Position numbers and translations under genes: made by a program. 26,201 nucleotides of DNA. Origin: Leptospirales bacterium (GTDB lineage: Bacteria; Spirochaetota; Leptospiria; Turneriellales; JAOUFE01). The DNA lies in NCBI GenBank assembly GCA_040326155.1, contig JBEQLE010000062.1:1-26201 (forward strand), written 5' to 3'. Positions 9,002 through 17,726 of the stretch are shown here, one piece after another. The notes beneath the pieces were generated by a model, which was given only the letters and a program-made list of their open reading frames with translations, did no database searches and was not told the origin of the DNA. The stretch's first letter is position 1; each line of letters starts with the position of its first letter.

Positions 9002-10273
9002 TTACAACACATTTATCGATTTGTAATCTTTAAGCCCGAAAATAGACAGTGGTATAAAAAATACCTCTTCTTCGTTTTCCGGGTTACAATATAAAATTAC
9101 ATTCGACCTCTGCCTTTTGGAGAGCTTTTTTTCGCTGAAAATTTTTGTAATAGACTTTTTACCAAAGGCCAGCTGAATAAAATGTTTTTTAGAAATTTCA
9201 TTGTTGCGAAGCTTTATAAAGTCCGATAGACCTTTTTCATTTCTTTGCAGGTAAAGATTGTTTCTACCCCGGCGAAATACAACATGAATTTGACCATGCC
9301 AGTTCTCATAATCAATAGAAAAATTTTTATATGCAAATGGAATAGTTTCAAGTTGTTTTCTAATCGAGCGTGAAAAAGGACCGAAACCAACTTTTTTTAA
9401 ACCCCAGCGTAGTATTTCACGTTTTCCTCTTAAAGAAATTTCATTCACAATGCTGGCTGCAATTTTATACTCCCGGCCCGGTTTTACAGGCTCCAGTAAG
9501 TTTACCAGAGTTTCGACCTCTTTACGGGTCTCTTTTTTTTGAGTTAAGAACTCAATAGCGGTTTTTTGCAACCCTTTCGCATTTACGGGTAGCCCGCTTT
9601 CACGAATACGACTTCTCATATTACTCTGGTTTGTATTTTCAGGATCTTGCCAGAAGGGCAGCTCTTTTTCTATGCAATACTCCCGAATAGACTCTCTTTC
9701 AGCTAAAACGAGAGGACGAAAAACTCCATGCCCAGATTCTTGTTCCCAGAAGTCGAAGGGGTAGACTGTTTCAGGCGAGCTTCCTCGGTTGATACGCATA
9801 ATTAAAGTTTCATACCAGTCGGTTAAATTATGACCCAGGACTATAATAGAATTTTCACTGTTACGGGCGATTTGGGCCAGGTGTTTTTTGCGCACCATGG
9901 CGCCAGTGAATTCAAAAGAACATTTTAACCTTTTCGAAAGTTTTGCAATATCGCGTTTCTTTTTAGTAAACCGGACTTCTAACCCGCTTATTTTTTCGGC
10001 GGCTTTTACCCAGTGGTTAAAAACGGATGTGCGTTGAGCTGTAATTTTAAGACCATGTTTTTGCCCATGGTCCAGATAGTAGATGCAGAGTTTCCTTTTT
10101 TTATTGGATAGTCTTTGAAACTCCAGCAAGAGTTGTAGACACAATACGGAATCACCGCCACCGGAAAATCCGAGAATCCAGTTTTGGTTCTCAAGGTTCC
10201 CCAGGTCTGAATTATTCAGCTGAAGAAGGTTTTGCGACAGTACCAAGTTTGTATCGTGAGAGGACATCATCAA
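9002..10273 (-). CDS. tilS: tRNA(Ile)-lysidine synthetase (start uncertain)
   Basis: PP-loop GFSGGGDS, DHG, GHNLTDWYETLIMRINRG, RPL and DPEN...R.RIR motifs; follows pth. Confidence 0.9.
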   Translation of the reverse strand: MMMSSHDTNLVLSQNLLQLNNSDLGNLENQNWILGFSGGGDSVLCLQLLLEFQRLSNKKRKLCIYYLDHGQKHGLKITAQRTSVFNHWVKAAEKISGLEVRFTKKKRDIAKLSKRLKCSFEFTGAMVRKKHLAQIARNSENSIIVLGHNLTDWYETLIMRINRGSSPETVYPFDFWEQESGHGVFRPLVLAERESIREYCIEKELPFWQDPENTNQSNMRSRIRESGLPVNAKGLQKTAIEFLTQKKETRKEVETLVNLLEPVKPGREYKIAASIVNEISLRGKREILRWGLKKVGFGPFSRSIRKQLETIPFAYKNFSIDYENWHGQIHVVFRRGRNNLYLQRNEKGLSDFIKLRNNEISKKHFIQLAFGKKSITKIFSEKKLSKRQRSNVILYCNPENEEEVFFIPLSIFGLKDYKSINVL

Positions 10274-10823
10274 TATCCTGTGTTAAAATAGAACGTAACG
10301 CCGCCTCGGCGTCATTGATTACTTCAATAATTTGCATGTTTTCATCAAGGTTAAAGTCCGAATCGAGATATTTTCGAGTTTTCCCTTTATCTTTAATATC
10401 AAATTGAAAACCGCTTAATGGGGCTATACCTACTCGTATTCGAATAAATTTTTCAGATTTCAAAGCTTTAGCAATAGAACCAAGCCCGATATGATCTATA
10501 TAACTTTTTTCGCAGGCAACTTGGACGTCACCATACCCGATAGAGTAGTCATCATGAATAACAATAATATTAGCGACAGGGATGCGTAGAAAAGAAGCTA
10601 TGTAAAGAACCGCCTCACCACTCAAATCCATAAAGGTCTGCGGTTTTAGTAAAACAATTTCGTGTTTTTCAAACTCACCGGTGCCTAAAAGAGATTTCTT
10701 CTTTTTGGTTTTAATTTGAATATTGGTATTATTCGCTAATACATCAACAATTTTAAAACCAATATTGGCTCTGTTGTTCATATATCGGTCTCCGGGATTC
10801 CCGAGACCGATAATTAATTTCAT
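10212..10823 (-). CDS. pth: Peptidyl-tRNA hydrolase homologue with divergent active site
   Basis: MKLIIGLGNPG, LLKPQTFM.LSG, IHDD and RIRVGI motifs; canonical prs-rplY-pth synteny. Confidence 0.9.
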   Translation of the reverse strand: MKLIIGLGNPGDRYMNNRANIGFKIVDVLANNTNIQIKTKKKKSLLGTGEFEKHEIVLLKPQTFMDLSGEAVLYIASFLRIPVANIIVIHDDYSIGYGDVQVACEKSYIDHIGLGSIAKALKSEKFIRIRVGIAPLSGFQFDIKDKGKTRKYLDSDFNLDENMQIIEVINDAEAALRSILTQDIDDVLSRYKLGTVAKPSSAE

Positions 10824-10859
10824 ATTCGAACTCAAATTTTTCTCCTGACAAACGAGAAA

Positions 10860-11489
10860 TTATTCGCCGGAAGTTTCGTCTTTTGGTTCAGTACCCTCTG
10901 GTGTTTCTTCTTCCGTTACGGCTTCTTCATCATCGATTTTTCCACGAGTCGGTGTAGTTATGTGACAGATAATAGGATTACCTTCTGCAAGAACTTTAGC
11001 CCCTTCCGGTAAAGTCAGGTCTTCGGCATGCATGGCATCACCAAGCTGAAGTTCAGAGATATCGATGCTGATGGCAGCAGTCAAGTTTTTAGGCAAAATT
11101 TCAATTTCAATGTCGTGAGCAAACACTTCAAGTACTCCGCCCTCTTTAACCCCGATAGAACTACCTACGAGATGGATGGGAATATGGGTACGGACTTTTT
11201 CTCCATATGTAATACGGAAAAAATCCATGTGTAGAACTTCTTGAGACACAGGGTGAACCTGGTAGTCTTTAATGAATGCTTCTTCACTTTTATCGCCTAT
11301 TTCGACCGAATAAAGTTGAGATTCTGAAATACCGGCTGCTATAAGTTTTTGTACATCTTTCGCGTTAATTTTCAGCAAGTCGGTTTTCCCGTGATTGTAC
11401 ATTACAGCGGGAATATTTCCTTCTTTTCTACATAGGGCCGCTCTTTGTCCGGCCTTTCTTGGTTCAGCTTTTAATACAATTTTTTCCAT
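10860..11489 (-). CDS. rplY: 50S ribosomal protein L25/Ctc
   Basis: IPAVMY, IKDYQVHPV, LHMDF and GVKEGG motifs; acidic tail. Confidence 0.95.
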   Translation of the reverse strand: MEKIVLKAEPRKAGQRAALCRKEGNIPAVMYNHGKTDLLKINAKDVQKLIAAGISESQLYSVEIGDKSEEAFIKDYQVHPVSQEVLHMDFFRITYGEKVRTHIPIHLVGSSIGVKEGGVLEVFAHDIEIEILPKNLTAAISIDISELQLGDAMHAEDLTLPEGAKVLAEGNPIICHITTPTRGKIDDEEAVTEEETPEGTEPKDETSGE

Positions 11490-11520
11490 TTGTTACCTCT
11501 ATTTATATAGCATTTAAATA

Positions 11521-12462
11521 TTACAAAAACAATGTGCTGACGGACCGTTCGTCGTGAATTCTTAAAATGGCTTCTCCAAATAAAGAGGCCACACTCAATA
11601 CGGTCATTTTTTTCATCTGTTTTTCAGGTGAAATAAGTAAGGTGTCTGTTACTATAAGTTCTTCAATAGGAGATTTTTCAAGCCTTTCAATGGCTGGACC
11701 CGATAAAACGGCGTGAGTGGTGCCAGCTATAATTTTTGTGGCTCCGTGTTCTTTTAATGCCTGGGCGCCCTTGGCTATGGTTCCCGCTGTATCGATCATA
11801 TCGTCGATCATAATACAGGTTTTACCTTTGACTTCACCAATAATGTGCATAACTTCAGATTCATTGGCTCTTTCTCGTCTTTTATCGATAATAGCAAGGC
11901 TGCTGTTCAGGTGTTTTGCAAAAAAACGAGCTCTTTCAGCTCCACCTGAATCGGGAGAGACGATAACGGCGTCGTTAATTCCCGCTTGTTTAAAGTAATC
12001 AACCAATATGGGGGCAGAAAAAAGGTGATCAACCGGAATATCAAAAAAACCTTGTATCTGGTCGGCGTGAAGATCCATAGCCAATATCCGGTCTGCACCA
12101 ATAGCTTCGAGAGCTTTCGCTACAACTTTAGCTGAAATGGGAACCCGTGGTTCGACTTTACGATCTTGTCTTCCGTAACCATAATATGGAATAACGACAG
12201 TTATTCGGCGGGCTGATGCTCGTCGAAAAGCGTCCATCATAAGTAATAATTCCATTATGTTTTCATTAGCGGGGTAACCAGTAGATTGGATTATAAAAAT
12301 ATCCGCGCCTCGAACGTTTTCAGTAATTTTAACGCTTACTTCTCCGTCCGAAAATCGTTTAATGTCGATTTTTCCGGTATCAATACCAATAGACTCTGCA
12401 ATTTTATCGGCTAAAGGATTGTTAGAAGTGCCGGAAAATATTTTTAATATTTTATTATTCAT
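11521..12462 (-). CDS. prs: Ribose-phosphate pyrophosphokinase
   Basis: [35 protein letters not shown] and DDMIDTAGT motifs. Confidence 0.98.
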   Translation of the reverse strand: MNNKILKIFSGTSNNPLADKIAESIGIDTGKIDIKRFSDGEVSVKITENVRGADIFIIQSTGYPANENIMELLLMMDAFRRASARRITVVIPYYGYGRQDRKVEPRVPISAKVVAKALEAIGADRILAMDLHADQIQGFFDIPVDHLFSAPILVDYFKQAGINDAVIVSPDSGGAERARFFAKHLNSSLAIIDKRRERANESEVMHIIGEVKGKTCIMIDDMIDTAGTIAKGAQALKEHGATKIIAGTTHAVLSGPAIERLEKSPIEELIVTDTLLISPEKQMKKMTVLSVASLFGEAILRIHDERSVSTLFL

Positions 12463-13232
12463 GAACTCACCTGAATTTCTTCTTCAACTTCTAGTAATTG
12501 TTCTTTGGAATTTATTCCGCGAAACTGGTTTGCGTCTTTCGAGAAATAAGTTCCCACAGTTTTAGTATTCTTGTTGAGTATTTTCACCATATCTGTTAGG
12601 TAATACTCTTTCTGGGAATTTTCAGCAGCAAGCTCGTCGATGCAATTCCAAAGATCGGTGTTATTAAAAATAAAGATTCCAGTGTTTACTTCATCCACTT
12701 TTTTATCAACGTCAGTTGCATCTTTTTCTTCTATAATACTTTGAATGTTTCCATTGCCATTGCGAATAATTCTTCCATATCCGGTGGGGTCATTCAGTTT
12801 TGTGCTTAACACAACTGAGGATACTCCGGATTTTGTTAAGGTTTCAAATGCCTCAGAAATAGTGTCGGGCTTAATAAAAGGGACATCACCCAGCAGTACA
12901 AGAAGGTATTGTTCGTCTTCTACGAGATGTTTTTTGGCCGATAATACAGCGTGTCCGGTTCCAAATTGTTCTATCTGTTCTGAGAACACAATTTGAATGC
13001 CTGTTACACTTTTTGCCCAGTCGGTAACGGTCTCCATGACCTGTTCTTTTCCGTAACCAACCACAACGACAATTTTTTCAAGCGAGGTTTTTTCCAGAGT
13101 TTCTAATAAATACAAGATCATCGGTTTCCCGGCGATCTTGTGAAGGACCTTCGGTAAATCGCTGTTCATTCGTGTGCCTTTACCTGCGGCGAGAATGACA
13201 GCTTGAGTTAACTTTTTTTCAGGATAGGTCAT
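12459..13232 (-). CDS. glmU: GlmU-type sugar-phosphate nucleotidyltransferase (N-terminal domain only)
   Basis: [43 protein letters not shown] and EYYLTD motifs. True start is ATG 13232; the ORF-track extension runs through the tRNA. Confidence 0.88.
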   Translation of the reverse strand: MTYPEKKLTQAVILAAGKGTRMNSDLPKVLHKIAGKPMILYLLETLEKTSLEKIVVVVGYGKEQVMETVTDWAKSVTGIQIVFSEQIEQFGTGHAVLSAKKHLVEDEQYLLVLLGDVPFIKPDTISEAFETLTKSGVSSVVLSTKLNDPTGYGRIIRNGNGNIQSIIEEKDATDVDKKVDEVNTGIFIFNNTDLWNCIDELAAENSQKEYYLTDMVKILNKNTKTVGTYFSKDANQFRGINSKEQLLEVEEEIQVSS

Positions 13233-14496
13233 AGATATTAGAATATCTGGGCTGGGAGGGATCGAACCTCCGAATGCCAGTACCAAAAACTGGTGCCTTA
13301 CCACTTGGCGACAGCCCAAAGTTTGATTTAAACGTTGTCCAAAATACTCCCGGATGTTTTTTTTGCAGCATCTTGTTTACCTTTTCAATCGTTTCCGTTG
13401 TTTTACTCATTAAACGATTTCCCGCATCTTGCCCGAGGCTCAGAACGGAAAAAAAGGCAGACCCTGAACCGCTCATGGATGAAAAAACTGGTTTATCGAG
13501 GTCTATAGCTTGTAACTGCCTCGCCAGGTTTTCTTCCAGATCACGATTGAGCTGCTCCATCTCGGAATATTTTTCGAGATATACATCCCGCGCCACCCGT
13601 GTAAAATCGTTCTTTATGGTAATCTTCCCTTCTTCAAGGGGAGAAAGAACACTCCTGAAATCTTTTTCGGTCCCGACAATGTTTCGGAACTTTTGAAAGC
13701 TCAGGTCTACCTGGGAGACTAACCGATCGAATCCAAATTTTAAATCCGATAGGATAAGAATACTTGATTCGTCACCTTGTAAACTCTTTTTTGATTTGCC
13801 AAACGGATCGCTCGATGGAACGACAGGTAAGTCGAGGTTTTGAAACATTGTCTTTGTCGAAAACCCGAAAGGGGGTACCCCGATAATTCCGGCAAGGGGG
13901 GCCATGTCTTTATAGGTAGTTTCCACTTGGCCAATTCCGCTGACCAGAGCAGGGCCGTTTGAAAGAAAAAACGGGATGTCTGCTCCGAGTTTAACTGATG
14001 CGTTTCGAACTATTTGTAATAATTTAGTGTGAGTTTCCTCTTTAATAAGGGTTTTGAGGTAATCGAGTAAACCGATTAACATACCAGCGGCGTTCGAACT
14101 GCCGCCACCGAGTCCCGAAGGCGAGGGTATTCGCTTCATTAGCTTTATTTGAGGCGGTGGAATCAGATCGATTTTTTGTTTTACGTCGTTGAACTCTGGT
14201 TCCTTAGGTAAAAAAGAGGCTTCGCAAAACCATTTGTAAGCTTTATACACCAGATTTTGCTCCGGCGCTTTGTTAAAAGCCATATCCATCTGTTCAGAAC
14301 CGGAAAAAGCAGGCGGCAAATGATCTTCCCAGGAAAAGGAGAACCGGGTGTTGTTTCGATCGAAAATAACATGCAGGGTGTCGTAAAGGTCGGTGGGCAG
14401 CAAAAGGCTGACAATGTGGTGGTAGCCGTTTTGATACTGAAAGGGAATTTTCAGGCCGAAATTTATTTTTGCGGGCGTCGCATAGGTTCGTTCCAT
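13219..14496 (-). CDS. ispE: 4-diphosphocytidyl-2-C-methyl-D-erythritol kinase (enlarged; frame reads through tRNA-Gln)
   Basis: PAKINFGL, GYHHIVS, KRIPSPSGLGGGSSNAA, LGADIPF, NDF and MSGSGSAFF motifs; likely start ATG 14496. Confidence 0.9.
   Translation of the reverse strand: MERTYATPAKINFGLKIPFQYQNGYHHIVSLLLPTDLYDTLHVIFDRNNTRFSFSWEDHLPPAFSGSEQMDMAFNKAPEQNLVYKAYKWFCEASFLPKEPEFNDVKQKIDLIPPPQIKLMKRIPSPSGLGGGSSNAAGMLIGLLDYLKTLIKEETHTKLLQIVRNASVKLGADIPFFLSNGPALVSGIGQVETTYKDMAPLAGIIGVPPFGFSTKTMFQNLDLPVVPSSDPFGKSKKSLQGDESSILILSDLKFGFDRLVSQVDLSFQKFRNIVGTEKDFRSVLSPLEEGKITIKNDFTRVARDVYLEKYSEMEQLNRDLEENLARQLQAIDLDKPVFSSMSGSGSAFFSVLSLGQDAGNRLMSKTTETIEKVNKMLQKKHPGVFWTTFKSNFGLSPSGKAPVFGTGIRRFDPSQPRYSNIYDLS
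13247..13318 (-). tRNA. tRNA-Gln(TTG)
   Basis: TGGGCTGTCGCCAAGTGGTAAGGCACCAGTTTTTGGTACTGGCATTCGGAGGTTCGATCCCTCCCAGCCCAG: 7-bp acceptor stem, anticodon stem CCAGT/ACTGG with loop TTTTGGT, GTTCGA T-loop; no encoded CCA. Confidence 0.97.
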
Positions 14497-14506
14497 CTGG
14501 TGAAGG

Positions 14507-14809
14507 TCACTTTTTGTCGTCTGTTGTATCAATGCTGCGTATAAGATTCATAAGCCCCGCTGAAAAACCGAGAATAACACCGCCAAGAAGAAACCAGGGC
14601 GATGCAGTGAATTGGTGGTCCAAATACATTCCCCCCCCGAGAAAAACTCCAAACGTAATAATAAATTCAAAACCGGCCCCGGCGTGGCGCATAGAAGACT
14701 CTTTATCGTTCTTTGAATCTAGCGACACACTCTTTTTGAATCGCTCTTCATTCTGTTTTAAATTCTCAATGCGCTTTTCAATCTCTTCTTTATCTTCCTT
14801 CGAAAGCAT
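14507..14809 (-). CDS. AtpZ/AtpI-family (ATPase gene 1) small membrane protein
   Basis: GFEFIITFGVFLGGGMYLDHQFTASPWFLLGGVILGFSAG two-TM pattern (G..LD......PWF); start ATG 14809. Confidence 0.8.
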   Translation of the reverse strand: MLSKEDKEEIEKRIENLKQNEERFKKSVSLDSKNDKESSMRHAGAGFEFIITFGVFLGGGMYLDHQFTASPWFLLGGVILGFSAGLMNLIRSIDTTDDKK

Positions 14810-14897
14810 TACCGTCTGCCTACAGCTTTGACACGGCCCGACAAGCAAATTCAGTAGTTGCACTGGAATTTCATATTTCCACTGGAAGAAATTTACT

Positions 14898-15021
14898 AAG
14901 GAATACAGGAAGGGGAAGGAAGGCAGGAAGGGAGAAGAAGTTTAGACAGGATTTACAGGATTGACATGATTTAAGAAAAGATGAACAGCCAAGGTTGACC
15001 GATTTAATTCCTCTTTTCCTG
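14898..15021. repeat. Modular repeat element, locus 1 (arm A, arm B, internally deleted)
   Basis: A units (CAGGAA) at 14898-14930; B arm GACAGGATTTACAGGATTGACATGATT at 14945-14971, identical to 17440-17466; A' fragment TTCCTCTTTTCCTG at 15008-15021. Confidence 0.85.
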
Positions 15022-15154
15022 CACTAAGTAAAAACCATTTCCAAAGTCTTGAATTTCAGACCAGTAATGCAGGTTGGAGGTCTATTTATGCAAAATATAG
15101 TAAAATTTCGAAATTTTTTATTGACCTCGTACATGTTTCATTATTACATTAAGC

Positions 15155-16684
15155 ATGTTGAAATTTAGATTTATAACCACTGTTGTTTTATTAATACTTT
15201 TTTCTTTTTCTTCCAGCAAAGTAATGGCAGAAGGCGTAGAAAATGCCAGAATTATGGGGGTGGCCGACTTTTTAGTTGAGCGTGCAAATGCAAACTATAT
15301 GTATATTGTGGAAAGCAAACTGAAAAAATCGATAATATTACAAGAGTTTTTTCCAAATATTTATCGACAGTTAACATTTTCCGGTTTGACTCATCTGTTT
15401 TTAATTCCGGAAAAAGTATGGAAAGATACGATCGAAAAGGATATTGAGTTTTTAGGCGATAAGATTTCAAAAAGTATTGATACAAAGATAATCAATCCTG
15501 CTATTGAAGAAATTACAAATTTTATACAAAGGGATATTTATTCGAAGCTCGAAATATCGATTGACGGTAAAAAGTGGTGGTCTTTAGGCCTGGATGACCC
15601 GCCTGATGAATTTATGAATCAACCGGCCTACGCAGCAGTGCACAATATATTGTATGCTCCCTTAGCTCAGCTGGTGGATTTTAATATAAGAAAACAAATA
15701 GGTTTACATAATCAAACAGTCGACTTAAAGAATTTAAAAACAATAAGAGAATTCTTGCATGAAATTTCAGGATTATTAAAACAAGATGTAAATAACATGG
15801 GTGCGGTTTTGAAAAATATCAATATCAGTGTAGGTAAGCAAGCTCTGAAAAGTGAATTAATGGACATACAATTTCGTGTTATAAAAGATGAAAGTTCACT
15901 CGAGTCTAAACAGATGAGTAAACTTTTAAAAGAAGGTACAAATGTACTGAATAAGTTTTTTGGGCTTGTAGATATTTATGATTTAATAAATGAAATAAAA
16001 AGCGCAGATACCTATACCGAAAGAATGCAATATGCTCTGTTAGTACTGGAAAAAGCTATTAAGTTTGATCTTCAAGTATTTAAACCCAAAGACAGTAAAC
16101 AAAAAAATCGCGATCTGGCAAATAAAATTATGGTAGAGTTGGACAATTATAAAAAATATCTACTTCTATTTGCCCAAATGGCAGACGCAACAACAAGAGA
16201 AGAAGTAAAACAGGCTCTAAAGGCGATTACCATGCCCGATGTTAGTTTTGCCTCAGCGCGCGCTCCCGGTTTTCATATTTTCATTTCAGGATATCTCGGC
16301 GTTGCCTATGGTTATGGTCCCTTAAATATAACCGATGCATCGAAACGTACAAATTCCGGGTTTTTATTCGCCCCCGTCGGTATAGAATTGGTATGGGGTC
16401 TTGCCGGAAAATGTGGCCGTGGCTCATCGCTGGGAATATTACTTAGCCCTTTTGACTTTGGTAACCCGGTTAACACCGTGATATTTGATGACAATAAAAC
16501 ATTTACCTACACTGATATTATTTCCCCAGGTGTTTACCTGCAATGGGGTTTAAAAGATATTCCTCTTGCCATACAACTGGGTTTAAACAGACGGCCGGTA
16601 ACCGGCACCGATGTAAAAAACCACTATGAGAATCGCCTGATCATTGCGGTCACGATGGATATGCCGTTGTTTCAGCTTTATTGA
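15155..16684 (+). CDS. Hypothetical secreted/outer-membrane protein
   Basis: 509 aa with a signal peptide, a helical-looking N-terminal two thirds and a beta-strand-like C terminus ending in aromatic residues (MDMPLFQLY). Confidence 0.75.
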   Translation: MLKFRFITTVVLLILFSFSSSKVMAEGVENARIMGVADFLVERANANYMYIVESKLKKSIILQEFFPNIYRQLTFSGLTHLFLIPEKVWKDTIEKDIEFLGDKISKSIDTKIINPAIEEITNFIQRDIYSKLEISIDGKKWWSLGLDDPPDEFMNQPAYAAVHNILYAPLAQLVDFNIRKQIGLHNQTVDLKNLKTIREFLHEISGLLKQDVNNMGAVLKNINISVGKQALKSELMDIQFRVIKDESSLESKQMSKLLKEGTNVLNKFFGLVDIYDLINEIKSADTYTERMQYALLVLEKAIKFDLQVFKPKDSKQKNRDLANKIMVELDNYKKYLLLFAQMADATTREEVKQALKAITMPDVSFASARAPGFHIFISGYLGVAYGYGPLNITDASKRTNSGFLFAPVGIELVWGLAGKCGRGSSLGILLSPFDFGNPVNTVIFDDNKTFTYTDIISPGVYLQWGLKDIPLAIQLGLNRRPVTGTDVKNHYENRLIIAVTMDMPLFQLY

Positions 16685-16692
16685 GAAAAATT

Positions 16693-17004
16693 TATAAGGA
16701 AAGCAGGAAGTCAGGAAGGGAAAGAATAATACTATGGAACGGCCATCAAAAACCACGTTTTTTAATGGCTAAATACTTCAAATTATTGTCGAACGAAGCG
16801 GCATAAAAAAACCAATGGATTTTTTTATGGACTAAGGAGACAGGATTTACATGATTGGGAGATGTGGCCGGATTGGACTATGATGACTCGAGTGTCTTCT
16901 AAACGAAATTACAAAGTCTGGATCTTTAATCATGCATAATCCTGTTAATCCTGTCAAATATTCTTTTATGTTTCTTACGTCTCTTTTCCTGTAATTCTTG
17001 CTTT
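16693..17004. repeat. Modular repeat element, locus 2 (A-C-B-core-B'-A')
   Basis: A 16693-16717; double hairpin C 16742-16829; B 16839-16856; B' AATCATGCATAATCCTGTTAATCCTGTC 16928-16955; A' about 16986-17004. Confidence 0.88.
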
Positions 17005-17046
17005 GCTTTGTTTTAATTTTGAATAAAAATACTTCTAACTTTGTAT

Positions 17047-17379
17047 ATGGCCGGGTTTTTTAATAAAAAAAAGTTAATTGAAGTAAAGGACATTAACGGA
17101 GCCGTAAAGGCAGTTCCTATATTGCCAGAAAAATCGGCAATGGAGGCGATTGTCAAGGCGAAGTTAAAAATGGAAGCTTCATGTGGCGGCGAGTGCTCTT
17201 GTTCCACCTGTCATGTGTTGGTTGACCCGGCAGACCTGTCACGTCTACCCGAGCCTACCGTTGAAGAACAAGAGATGATAGATTATGCATATAACCCCCA
17301 ACACAATAGTAGACTGGCTTGCCAGATAAAACTAGATGAAAACCTGGAAGGTTTAAAACTCGAAATTGCTCATGGTTAA
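17047..17379 (+). CDS. fdx: 2Fe-2S ferredoxin (adrenodoxin/Fdx type)
   Basis: CGGECSCSTCHV and SRLACQI cysteine motifs. Confidence 0.93.
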   Translation: MAGFFNKKKLIEVKDINGAVKAVPILPEKSAMEAIVKAKLKMEASCGGECSCSTCHVLVDPADLSRLPEPTVEEQEMIDYAYNPQHNSRLACQIKLDENLEGLKLEIAHG

Positions 17380-17399
17380 TATCATTTATAAGAAACAGT

Positions 17400-17726
17400 T
17401 ATAAAGAAAGCAGGAAGCCAGGAATGGAGAAGAAGTATAGACAGGATTTACAGGATTGACATGATTAAGAGAAGAGGAATAGACGGGGCTGACCCGAGAG
17501 TCTTCTAAACGTAAGTACAAATTCTGGATCTTTAATCATGCATAATCCTGTAAATCCTGTCAAATTTTCTTTTCTTAGTTTTCACAAAAAAATCCTGCGG
17601 TTTTTTTGTGTCGCTTCGTTCGATTATATTTTAAAGTAATTTGTTTTCAAAAAGCGTGGTTTTTGAAAACCAGCTTCGTGGTATTTTTTCTATTCCTGTA
17701 ATTCCTGCCTTCTTTATAGCTAACTC
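17400..17726. repeat. Modular repeat element, locus 3 (A-B-core-B'-C'-A')
   Basis: A 17400-17424; B 17440-17466; B' 17534-17561; inverted C 17583-17670; A' 17693-17718 followed by GCTAACTCT, which also occurs at 25446. Confidence 0.9.

Noticed and set aside
13233..13319. N-terminal extension of glmU in the ORF track
   Set aside because: It is a translation of the tRNA-Gln sequence; homology starts after ATG 13232.
17397..17724. Locus 3 element as an integron attC site
   Set aside because: It begins with GTTA and ends with TAAC, the opposite of attC polarity (RYYYAAC...GTTRRRY), and at over 300 nt it is too long.
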